64,000 nucleotides of DNA, from NCBI RefSeq assembly GCF_006345805.1, contig NC_043000.1:135222001-135286000 (forward strand). The letters are read 5' to 3'. Every line of letters starts with the position of its first letter. Position 1 is the first letter of the stretch. The position numbers and the translations under genes are program-made. Shown piece after piece: positions 1 through 11,545 of this stretch. The notes under the pieces were generated by a model that ran no database searches, was not told the origin of the DNA, and saw only the letters and a program-made list of their open reading frames with translations. Source of the DNA: Octopus sinensis (Eukaryota).

Positions 1-50
1 ATATATATATAATATATATATATATATATCTATATAATATATAAATATCA

Positions 51-205
51 CACTCTCGGAGTGGTTGGCATTAGGAAGTGCATCCAACTGTAGAATCTCA
101 GCCAGATCAGATTGGAGCCTTGTGCAGCCATTTGGTTCACTAGTCCTCAGTCAAATCGTCGAACCCATGCCTGCATAGAATGCGGACGATAAACGATGAT
201 GATAT
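51..205 (+). mobile_element. 3' part of SINE family E (GGTTGGCRTTAGGAAG core, (GAT)n tail)
   Basis: GGTTGGCATTAGGAAGTGCATCCAACTGTAGAA...AACCCATGC...GGACGATAAACGATGATGAT; reverse-complement relatives at 7123-7292 and 11387-11545. Confidence 0.7.
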
Positions 206-253
206 TGATGATTATATAAAATATTATTTATCAAATATATGCAACATAATATG

Positions 254-292
<39 letters not shown>

Positions 293-1420
293 ATATATAT
301 ATATATTTTATATATATATATTTTATATATATATAATATATATTTTATATACATATAATATATATACATAATATATATTTTATATATATATAATATATAT
401 TTTATATACATATAATATATATACATAATATAATATATATATATATATATATGTAATACATATATAATATATATACATATATATATAACATTATATATAC
501 ACAATATATAAATATATTATATTATGTAATATATGTCTCTATAATATATATAGATATATATAAGTTTATATAATTTATATCTATATAATGTCTATATAAT
601 TTTTTATAATATATATCTATATAATATCTATATAATTTTATATAATTTATATCTATACAATGTCTACATAATTTTTTATAATATATATCTATATAATATC
701 TATATAATTTTATATATATATATTATATATATATAATATATAAATATATTATATATATATAATATATATACATAATATAATATATATATATATATATAAT
801 ATTTATATATATATAATATATATACATAATATAATATATATATATATATATATGTATACATATATAATATATATACATAATATATATAACATTATATATA
901 CACAATATATAAATATATTATATTATGTAATATATGTCTCTATAATATATATAGATATATATAAGTTTTATAATTTATATCTATATAAGTCTATATAATT
1001 TTTTATAATATATATCTATATAATTTTATATAATTTATATATATATATATATCTATATAATATCTATATAATTTTATATAATATATATCTATATATATCT
1101 ATATAATTTTATATAATATATATCTATATAATATTATATATAATATATATACATATATATAATATTTATATAATATATATAATATATATAATATATCTAT
1201 ATAATATATATTTTATATATATATATAATATTTATATATATAATTTTATGTATATAATTTCATATATATAATATTATATGTAATATATATATTATACATA
1301 ATTTTATATAATATATATAACATTTTATATAAACTAATATTAATAAACTTATATAATCAATATCTATAAATATCATATATTTACATATATAATGTATATA
1401 TATATAGATACACATCTATA
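200..1420. repeat. AT-rich low-complexity/(TA)n tract with an internal ~401-bp-period duplication
   Basis: Almost purely A/T; landmark ATATGTCTCT at 531 recurs at 932 with matching flanks. Confidence 0.85.
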
Positions 1421-2309
1421 GGCGCGCATAATTCTTCGGAATGAGTTTCGCGCAGAAGTTATTCTAGATTTAATCGTTTTAAGTTTTTAATCGTTCTAAG
1501 TTCAAAAGTCACCGTGGTCTCCCTAAGTTTAAGGTTACCAAACAGTCTTGTATTCTTTCATGGAAACCACTGCTTCAAGCACTCGAGCTAGGTTCTGCGT
1601 TGAAGGACGCATCCCTTCCTCTCACTTACAACGTCTAAGTTACGGTCCTTCCATCTGACAAAAGAATATAAATAGTTGATTATATTTGATGAGAAATCAT
1701 ATATGTGTATATGAAAATATAAATAAATATATGTATATGCAGATGCATCTCTTGATATAAATAAATGCATGCAAATATAAATATATAGTTAATGTGTATA
1801 TTGACACATTCGTATATCTTAATATTTATATTTCTATTCATTATGGATATTTATACATAATAATGCATGTATATACATAAATATATATTTTATATATACG
1901 GGCAATTAGACATACAAGTAAATATAAAATGTATGGTATATATAATGTATAATTATATATATACATATATACGACTATGTATGTATAAATATATATGTAT
2001 GGCTATGTATAAATGATTTGCTTATATACACACATATATAAAGATATTGCTATAGGCATATATTTAAATGCTGAGATACATTTACACACACGTATGTCTA
2101 CATATATAAATCAATATGTCCGTGTATGTATATATATGTATATATATATCGATATATGCATACCCTGACATGTAAATGTATCCCAGAGATGTATGAAATA
2201 TGAATTCACAAAGTATATTGAAATTAATACTAATTGAAGAAGGTTGCGAAACAGCTGTAATCATACGTCATGTGGCAAAGTAAATCTGTTTACCTCTCAC
2301 ACCTCCTGA

Positions 2310-2312
<3 letters not shown>

Positions 2313-2375
<63 letters not shown>

Positions 2376-2376
2376 G

Positions 2377-2457
<81 letters not shown>
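2313..2457. repeat. (TA)n/(TG)n compound microsatellite
   Basis: Direct reading. Confidence 0.95.
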
Positions 2458-2463
<6 letters not shown>

Positions 2464-3392
2464 CGTATGTGTACCTAAGTTTGATGGGTGTTTTTCAGAA
2501 TCATTAGAGCGCCGGAGAAATTGCCTGATATCATTTGTACCGGCCCCTTCTCGCTCTGTGTTCAAACTCACCTTCCTTCCTTGGTCGATGAATAAATTAA
2601 TGGCGACGTGATCAGGAGGAAATATAACTGACTAACATCCTCTCCTTCATTATGCAAACCATATGGGTGGTACTGAACTTTCCAGTTCGAATAACATGTT
2701 TTTACTTTGCAAATGCTTTTCGTTTTCCATTTCTGTGAATATAAGTATGTATATAGGTACATGTGTATAGAAGCATGTCTCCGTGTGTATAAACGACAGA
2801 GTGGTGGCCCATCCCGACTTCACTTCCTCATATCTTTATATGAAAAATGTAAAATTTATAGATTGCATTTACTAGCAATACATTTTCAAGGATATAAATT
2901 ACAACTATGTTGATAAAATTTCGAGATTTTTTTCTTTCCTTTTTTGTTTTTTTGTTTTTTTTTTGTTTTGAGGAATTGCGAATCTGTCTTACGTGTATTG
3001 TCACCATTAATATCTTTAATTATTATTGGTTATGTTTTCAGATTCGCAAGTCTGAAGCATCAATATTACATAATCGATATTATCAAAAGTGTATACCTGC
3101 TAAAAGGAAACAGGTGAATGATGTTTTTGTTGGCGGAAGAAGATCAATCCCAAACACGTTCGAAAAATATTTTGTGTTAATGTCAGCAACAAAATCGTAA
3201 TTAATATTCTCGAACATGTTTCTGTGCAAAATTTCATTAAAAAATATGCATTCTTAAAGCGAGTTATTAGAAAAGAAATTCGGGAGTTTGTGGGATGGGG
3301 AACAGCGATCCAAATCTTTTTGAAAAGAATTTTTTAATGTAAATTATCATACTTGTAATCTATACTCTCGAAAATATATCTCTGCAAAATTT

Positions 3393-3789
3393 GTGGCTGT
3401 GTGGTAAGTAGCTTGCTAACCAACCACATGGTTCCGGGTTCAGTCCCACTGCGTGGCATCTTGGGCAAGTGTCTTCTACTATAGCCCCGGGCCGACCAAT
3501 GCCTTGTGAGTGGATTTGGTAGACGGAAACTGAAAGAAGCCCGTTGTATACATATACATATATATATATATATGTGTGTTTGTGTGTCTGTGTTTGTCCC
3601 CCTAGCATTGCTTGACAACCGATGCTGGTGTGTTTACGTCCCCGTAACTTAGCGGTTCGGCAAAACAGACCGATAGAATAAGCCTACAAAGAATAAGTGC
3701 CGGGGTCGATTTGCTCGACTAAAGGCGGTGCTCCAGCATGACCGCAGTCAAATGACTGAAACAAGTAAAAGAGTAAAGAGTAAAGAGAG
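3393..3789 (+). mobile_element. tRNA-headed SINE family A, near full length
   Basis: GGCTGTGTGGTAAG head with B-box-like GGTTCAGTCCC, central TA/TG microsatellite, GGTGCTCCAGCATG...GACTGAAACAAGTAAAAGAG tail; many copies in the window. Confidence 0.9.
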
Positions 3790-3879
3790 TCTTTCGGAAA
3801 GTTACGCAAGTAGGAAATATGCAAATGGCGGGACACTAGCCTGTTGTTATGCCTAATGTGCATGCGCGTGCGCGCGTGT

Positions 3880-4058
3880 GTGCTTGTCCCCCTACCATCG
3901 CTTGATTACCAATGTTGGTTTGTTTACGTCCCTGTGACTTAGCGATTGAGCATATGAGACTGATAGAATCAGTATGAGGCTTAAATAAATTGGTACTGGT
4001 GTCTATTCGTTTAACTAAAAACCCTTCTTCAAGGCGGTGCCCCAGCAAGGGCCGCAGT
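3880..4058 (+). mobile_element. Diverged 3' half of SINE family A
   Basis: TTGTCCCCCTACC...GTTTACGTCCCTGTGACTTAGCG...AAGGCGGTGCCCCAGCA matches the family A 3' half. Confidence 0.65.
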
Positions 4059-4184
4059 AATAAATAAATGATACACAGAAACGCGCGCTTACACAGACGT
4101 CAAGAAATGTGCGTAATGTGTTACGTAAAATAGAATAACTATAATAACCTGGGAATCGAAACCGAATTATTTTGTCAGTTGTTT

Positions 4185-5640
4185 TATTATTAATTAGCCC
4201 TAGGCTGGCTCTCAGTGACCAGGCATATGAAAAGCGTTCCAGCCGTGACTTTCCCGTGTATTTTTGTGATCATTTTAAGTAATAACATTGCATAATATAT
4301 TTTAGTATTACATAATGCAATGCATCTCCATCATTTTCAAGGCGAAATAGTATTGAAGGAGGTTTGGCAGCTATTTCTAGCAGGCCTAACAACCACGTAG
4401 ACTCTTCTTTGTAAGCACGTTTTATGGTTGATGTTAGTGATTTTTTTTTACTTCTACTCCTAATTACAGATGAATATAATGATTAAAGAATTTCCTCTAG
4501 TAGTCACAGAAAATTTGTTCGCAGGGCCGTAAAAGCGTTATCTACATTCAGCGCTTTCTAGAACTATATTATCTAGCGTATCCTTTCCGTACTTTGACAG
4601 TTATTAAAGCTATTTGGTTGCTACATATAGCCGGTCGAACGAACATTCACACCCACTTTACTCGAATATATCCAGATATATATACTATAATAGCTAGATA
4701 CCATCGCAGTGTTTAGCCGGCTAATAAAGTCTAATTTATACTGTAATTAAACGACGAACATTGTGAGTAGAAGTATGACACGATACGAATGGAGTTTGTC
4801 CCACGGTTTCTAATCCCGTGTGCATCAATTTCATTTCATTACACTCCTTTCTCTGAGTGACACACAACTTCGTCTTATACCATTAAGTGAAAAATAAAAT
4901 AATATATGCTCTTTGATGATGTTGTTTAGCTCCTGGTTCACTCTGAGTCGATCCATGAGCAAAATCCTTACGCCCCATCTTATTCACATCTTATGGCAGC
5001 TTACTTTCAGGCATAAAGCATCTAGGACTACACTACGTCTCGTATATCTGTTACTTTTCTAAGATTATCAGGGTGTAATCTGAGAGTAATTTGACTGCCA
5101 TTTCTAACATGTTTCAGTGATCACACAGACTCCCTCGTTAGTCTAGCTCGGTCATTTGGCTGTCATTTCTAACGGCTAAGCGATTACATAGAAACTCCTT
5201 CGTTAGTTTGGGCCCTTCATGTAAAATCCGTGTTGTGGTGCAGACAATGCATAACATTATAATAGTGTTCAGTTCAATTCCATTGAAGGCTTTTTCTTAT
5301 GTAACTGAAGCAGTGCAAATAGTTTAAACAATCAACAATACGTAACAGATATGGAAATCTTACAGACTTTCAAATTATATTGTTGTTGTTTATTTAACCC
5401 TAGGTTAGCCTTAACTGATAAGACCTATGATCAAAATTGTTTCAATCAGATCTACCCCACTTTTTTTTAAACTTTTAAGTAACGTATTTAACAATTTATC
5501 CATAGTAATTTTGTTTTGAGTTTTACTATGTCCCAGATATATTGTGTAACAAAGATTCCATTATTTCAAATGTATCGCTTTTTTAAAACAGTGTTGATTT
5601 AAGAGAGATTTAGCTGCTTTCTCTAACATGTCGAACAAGA
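4185..5640 (+). repeat. Three decayed copies of an old interspersed repeat (about 4185-4410, 4915-5210, 5385-5640)
   Basis: Shared motifs TTAKCYCYWGGT...CTGA, ...GATTTRGCWGCTATTTCTAGCA; similar remnants near 5990-6130 (-) and 42470-42670. Confidence 0.5.
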
Positions 5641-6142
5641 GTGTCTCTTGTTGGGACATCCCTTATAAGATGGGAAAAAAAATTGTCTGAATTCCATTAA
5701 ATATCTCGCAACCGGTTGTTTGTATATATTGTTTCTCTCGACTTCCGTAAAGCATTTAGTATTCATTTTATAGCAAAATAAATACCGGTCGATATACGAA
5801 AAGAAAACAAAATGTTAATCACAACCTAGCTCATAAATGGCTTTTCATTCTTATATGTTTTTTTTACAAAATATAACAAAGTAAGCAAAATAGTATAACA
5901 ACCACCTCCATTCGTTATCGGACCTATTATTTTGAGAAACGAATTTCTGTTACTTTTATGAAATAAAATTTTTTAAAAACTAAAAAACTTTGGTGGCCAC
6001 GAGACAACGATAAAACGCTAAAAGGCAGACACTAGATCTGCTAGAAATAGCAGAGAAATCTTTTTAGCTATGGCTGGTATTTTGGAAGGAATAGGACATG
6101 TTGAGTAAAGAGAATTCAAGCATCGCAATACTCAAAAAGAGA

Positions 6143-6229
6143 CGGACTGTGGACGGAGGTGTCTGTCACGGACTGTGATCGGAGGTGTCTGTCACGGACT
6201 GTGGACGGAGGTGTCTGTCACGGACTGTG
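6143..6229. repeat. GC-rich 26-bp minisatellite, about 3.3 copies
   Basis: Unit CGGACTGTGGACGGAGGTGTCTGTCA at 6143, 6169 (GAT variant), 6195, partial at 6221. Confidence 0.95.
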
Positions 6230-6655
6230 TTCCTGGAGCCCATCGATAACCACTGTGCCTTCATTGACCTTGCATCCTAGTTGTTTTGTCTAAATCATTG
6301 GTCACAGACAGGAATTTTAGCTTTTCAATTAAAATTTAATCGATTAAATTTTAAGGAATTGTGATTAATTTCTATCCTACTTACAAAAAAAAAAAAAAGC
6401 CTTAACGCTTTTGAAATTATGAAGATGAATCTAATATCGTGTGTGTGAATGAAAGATAGATAGATATATGTGTATATATATATATATATGTGTGTATATA
6501 TATATCTGTGTATACATATATATGTATATATATATATATATATACATGTATATATATAAATGTATATTTATACTTGTGTGTAAATAAATATATATATAAA
6601 TGTATATATACGTGTGTACATATATATATATATATAAATGTATATACACCTGTAT

Positions 6656-6714
<59 letters not shown>

Positions 6715-6716
<2 letters not shown>

Positions 6717-7088
6717 GTGGTAAGTAGCTTGCTAACCAACCACATGGTTCCGGGTTCAGTCCCATTGCGTGGCATCTTGGGCAAGTGTCTTCTGCTATAG
6801 CCCCGGGCCGACCAATGCCTTGTGAGTGGATTTGGTATACGGAAACTGAAAGAAGCCTGTCGTATATATGTATGTGTGTGTGTTTATCCCCCTAGCATTG
6901 CTTGACAACCGATGCTGGTGTGTTTACGTCCCCGTCACTTAGCGGTTCGGCAAAATCACCGATAGAATAAGTATTGGGCTTACAAAGAATAAGTCCCGGG
7001 GTCGATTTGCTTGACTAAAGGCGGTGCTCCAGCATGGCCGCAGTCAAATGACTGAAACAAGTAAAAGAGTAAAAAGAGAGTAAAGAGT
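6715..7088 (+). mobile_element. SINE family A
   Basis: Head-to-tail match to the 3393-3789 copy. Confidence 0.9.
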
Positions 7089-7122
7089 ATATACATGTAA
7101 ATATATAAATACATATGTATCA

Positions 7123-7292
7123 TCATCATCACCATCGTTTAACATCCGTTTTCCACGCTGGCTTGGGTTGAACGGTTCCACAGGGGTCTGGGAAGACGGG
7201 AGGCTGCACCAGGCCCCAATCTGATCTGGTAGTGTTCCTACAATTGGGTGCCCTTCCTAACGCCAACTACTCCGAGAGTGTAGTGGGTGCTT
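7123..7292 (-). mobile_element. 3' part of SINE family E
   Basis: (CAT)n tail then ...CCCTTCCTAACGCCAAC, reverse complement of the 51-205 type. Confidence 0.75.
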
Positions 7293-7341
7293 TTTACGTG
7301 CTATATATATATACACACACACACACCACACACACACACAC

Positions 7342-7396
<55 letters not shown>

Positions 7397-7584
7397 GTAT
7401 ATGTATGTATGTATGTACACACACACACATATATACATGTATATACACATATATGTATATGTATGTATATACGCATATATATTTATATACATATATATAC
7501 ACTTATATGTCTATATATGTATGTATATACGCACATATATATACACATATATATATATGTATGTATACATATAGATTCGCATAC

Positions 7585-7636
<52 letters not shown>

Positions 7637-7715
7637 CTGGGGTTCATTTGTTCGACTAAAGGCGGTACTCCAGCATGGCCGCAGTGAGATGACTGAAACA
7701 GATACTAGAATAAAA
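7637..7715 (+). mobile_element. 3' end fragment of SINE family A
   Basis: CGACTAAAGGCGGTACTCCAGCATGGCCGCAGT...GACTGAAAC. Confidence 0.8.
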
Positions 7716-7719
7716 GAAT

Positions 7720-7750
<31 letters not shown>

Positions 7751-8109
7751 ATTTGCTTGTATATGCATGTTTGTATTCATACATTTGTGTGTATGCGTAC
7801 TTAGATATTTGTATATGCATATTTATACACGTATACAGACGCACATACACACATGCATATATATATATATATATATTATGAAAAATGTTATGTTTTATTA
7901 ACTACATATATGAATGTGTGTGCGCGCGCGCATGTGTGTGTGTGTGTGGATACGATCGATCTACGCTGCAGTAAATATTTGACGTGGTTCTTGTTTATTC
8001 CTGAGTCAATTCTAATCGAAGATTATCAATGATCAATAACTTTCCAAATGACGGCTGCCCAGTCTTTTATGGGAATATTGGACTGCATAATCTAGTGTTA
8101 TATATTATA

Positions 8110-8508
8110 CTAGCAGTATCGCCCGGCGTTGCCCGGGTTTGTAAGGGAAATAACTATATAAGCATTTTTAGAGAGTTATAGCCAAAAAGTAGTAAAAAAA
8201 AATGCATTAAAAATGGAAAAAAAATGATGGTAATTTTTTTTTAAATCGTTGACTCATCGTAGACATTTTTAGAGAGTTACTTCCCTTATATAATAGCGAA
8301 AAAATGTATTAAAATGGAAAAAAATTATGGTAATTTTTTTTTTAAATCGTAGACTCATCGTAGACGCGCGCTAATACCCAGAAGGGCTCGATATGAATCA
8401 CGACTATAAGATACCCGGTTTTGGTTAAACTGCACCGCAAAATGTGGGAGTAGTTAGGAATCTAAATCGTAGGAGACAGACACACAACTTGACTTTTATA
8501 TATAAAGA
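8110..8508 (-). mobile_element. Non-autonomous Helitron
   Basis: On the minus strand: 5' TC start, subterminal hairpin CCCGGGCAACGCCGGG (8122-8137), CTAG 3' end (8110-8113), inserted between A (8509) and T (8109); internal ~101-bp tandem duplication (8163/8264). Confidence 0.85.
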
Positions 8509-9046
8509 TAACACTGTAGTATGAGATAAGAGTTATTTAGCATCTATTTCTAACATCAATAATAGGCACCTAGAGGCGCAGTAACTTTCTTTATTCATTT
8601 AGGAGATCGAACTCTTATAAAAGAAGTGAAAGAAAAATAATATTGATAAAAGTACCAATTATGATTCGGAGGAAATATCGGGATGTATGACCAAAAATCT
8701 ATTTTCTAGAAGGATTTACCTAATTTCACTAATATCGTACAGGAAGCTCGAGAAATGAATGAGGCTTACATCAAAATCACTGTATTTTGTTACTATACGG
8801 AATTGGCAATTTACTTAAAATAGTTGTCATTTGTGTGTGTTCGTCTGTGTTGGCAAAGTTAACCGTTTAGTATGTAATGTATCACATTTTTTTAGTGTTA
8901 TTCATGAACACACCAATATATAAGTAGGTATTGAGTATTTATTACTTTTTCACATACAATGCATATTACATAACAGTGTTATATAATATTTCACCACCAC
9001 CCAACCCCATTATATATATATATATATATGCATATATACATATATG

Positions 9047-9077
<31 letters not shown>

Positions 9078-9144
9078 GCATAATACATATATATTATATA
9101 TATATATATATGCATATATGTATATATATATACATGTATATATA

Positions 9145-9201
<57 letters not shown>

Positions 9202-9427
9202 ATATATATAGTATATATAGTATGTACGTACGTGTAATATATACACGTGTGCGTGCGCGCGCACAGATTCCTTCATATTTGAAGGATACCTTTATGAAAC
9301 TGAATATTATCTAGAACTAGTTTGTATTGAAACCTCCTTTAGTTTATAATTCTATGGAATTTAACTTAGAAATTTTGCTAATTATTCACAGTTTAGACGA
9401 GTTCGCACTTTAGACGAGATTCGCAGT

Positions 9428-9618
9428 TTAGACGAATCGTAAGACCGTTGGGCAAAATACTCAGTAGTGGTATTTCTTACGATTGTGTTCTGAGTTCAAA
9501 TTACTTCCGGAGTTCATGAAACAAGTACCAGTTACGCACTGGGGTCAATGTAATCGACTAGCCCTCTCCCCCCAAGACCTCAGGCTTGTGCTTGTAGTAG
9601 AAAGGTTGATTATTATTA

Positions 9619-9677
<59 letters not shown>
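9428..9677 (+). mobile_element. Diverged SINE family B variant with (ATT)n tail
   Basis: GTTCTGAGTTCAAATT...AAGTACCAGTTACGCACTGGGGTCAATGTAATCGACTAG...GTAGTAGAAAGG followed by (ATT)n. Confidence 0.7.
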
Positions 9678-9679
<2 letters not shown>

Positions 9680-9770
9680 ATAAACCTGTCTATCCATATT
9701 GTAAGTATACTGATATATAGATATATATATCTTTTTAATGTTTGTTTGTGTGTTTCGCGCGCATATATAT

Positions 9771-9816
<46 letters not shown>

Positions 9817-9861
9817 GTTCAAAAGGCGCATACACACACGAGCCGCACGGATTTACCTTAC

Positions 9862-9975
9862 GTTCCGTGAACTAAATCTACTCTCGCTCGGCCTGAGACT
9901 ATAGCAAAAAATACTTACCCAAGTTGCCACGCAGTGGGTCCGAACCCGAAGCCACGTGGTTACAAAGCGCTCCAC
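9862..9975 (-). mobile_element. Diverged 5' half of SINE family A
   Basis: CCCAAGTTGCCACGCAGTGGGTCCGAACCCG matches the reverse-complement family A head. Confidence 0.65.
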
Positions 9976-10455
9976 GTGCTTGAGAAGTGAAATTCTGAAG
10001 CACAAGCCACGTAACTTTGTATGTATGTACTCACGCCTACATGAATGCGTACACATGAACGCGTGCGTGTGTACACGGATATATGAGAAACAACTTTTAG
10101 ATCTGTATTGAGAACACAACTATGTTTTTGTATTAAAACTTATCTTCACATTTGTATATGAGTCTCTTACAGATCGTTTGTAACAATATTCCTACGTCCA
10201 TCAAGATTTTCTTGATTATCGCAGTCTTCCCTTCCGGGTGGAGGTGTAACCGCTCCATTTACGGAAGGTGTCCTGCGCAGAATTCATCGTCGGCATTTGA
10301 AATTTGATCGCTGGATTTCTGCTCATTCGTGCCATTATTATTTTTTTTAAATTTTGTTTGTGACATAAGTTTGTTGACTCTGTTTGGTAAAAAAAGAAAT
10401 GTGTCAAGTAGAATACAGGCGTTTTCAATGCAGAAAAGTACATATATGGACGTGT

Positions 10456-10456
<1 letters not shown>

Positions 10457-10504
<48 letters not shown>

Positions 10505-10520
10505 GTAGTAGTAGTAGTAG
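10457..10520. repeat. (AGT)n microsatellite
   Basis: Direct reading. Confidence 0.95.
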
Positions 10521-11337
10521 ATCATAGGCCTAAACTGCAGTAAAAAAATACTCAAAGCATTTAATGACATATGCAAGATATTTCGTTTTGAAGATTGCAA
10601 AGATGCTTCAAATGACGGCTACCTTCAGTTGGGGTTCATTTCCTGATTATATTTCTTAAAGTGAAATTGCAATGCAGCTTGTTCGGCAACCGGAGAATCG
10701 CGACATGTACCGTGGGCCCGATCCCACGATCTAGAAAATTGTGGAAATAGAGATAACTCATCGTTAAAGACACGTGTAATACCCCGATTGCCGCCGCAAA
10801 GAATTTGAAAATTCTGTGACTCCAAACGGCAATGGATAATTAAAGAAAAGATTAACAGTAATATTGTAAACACCACTGTAAATATGATTGACTGCAACTA
10901 CAATCGCTACTTAAATCAGTCACAAACGATTACTCAGTTGGAATTTCTCATTTAATTTGCATATTGTGTCCTTGCTATGGGGAAATAAACATTTTTTATG
11001 CATAAACAACGTGTATTAGTATATCTAAGACAAACTGTATGTGGTAAGACTACAGTTTGTAACGTTTCACCCCTTATAACAGTCAAAAATATACTGTCAG
11101 TATTGCTCGCCTAACTAGTAGTATATACATTTCAATGTTGGTTTCCATGCAATGAAATACAATACTTAACCGATAACTAACTTCGAAGGTAAATACGAGT
11201 TTGGTGTCTGGCGCCCGATAACTCACCTTCTGGGCAGGTGAGCTATTCTTAGTTTTGGCTGACAAATTAGGAGATAGAAAACTATGAAATTAGCACGAAC
11301 TTGACAGTGCGTATGTATGCTTATGTACACACACATA

Positions 11338-11386
<49 letters not shown>

Positions 11387-11388
<2 letters not shown>

Positions 11389-11545
11389 CATAGTTTAACG
11401 TCTACCTTGAATGCTGGCATGGGTTGGACGGATTGACGAGCTGACCAAGCAAAAGATTGCACCAGACTTCCGTGTCTGTTTTGGTACGGTTTTTACGGCT
11501 GGATGACCTTCCTAACAACAACCATCCAGCAGAGTGGACTATATA
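11387..11545 (-). mobile_element. Diverged 3' part of SINE family E
   Basis: CATCATAGTTTAACGTC...GCATGGGTTGGACGG...GGATGACCTTCCTAAC. Confidence 0.65.

Noticed and set aside
3334-3618. Recurrent peptides such as [27 protein letters not shown] in several ORFs
   Set aside because: Antisense translation of SINE family A; the recurrence reflects copy number, not a gene family
6143-6229. CRISPR-like array
   Set aside because: Contiguous tandem units with no spacers; eukaryotic context
151-9835. Many 60-150 aa ORFs rich in I/Y/C/V/H/T, with similar ones throughout the window
   Set aside because: They are translations of (TA)n, (TG)n, (ATT)n and (GA)n microsatellites
10566-10628. Minus-strand CUGAAGG...GAAA...GUC hammerhead-like order
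   Set aside because: A9 is changed, stem III is mismatched and there is no stem I pairing
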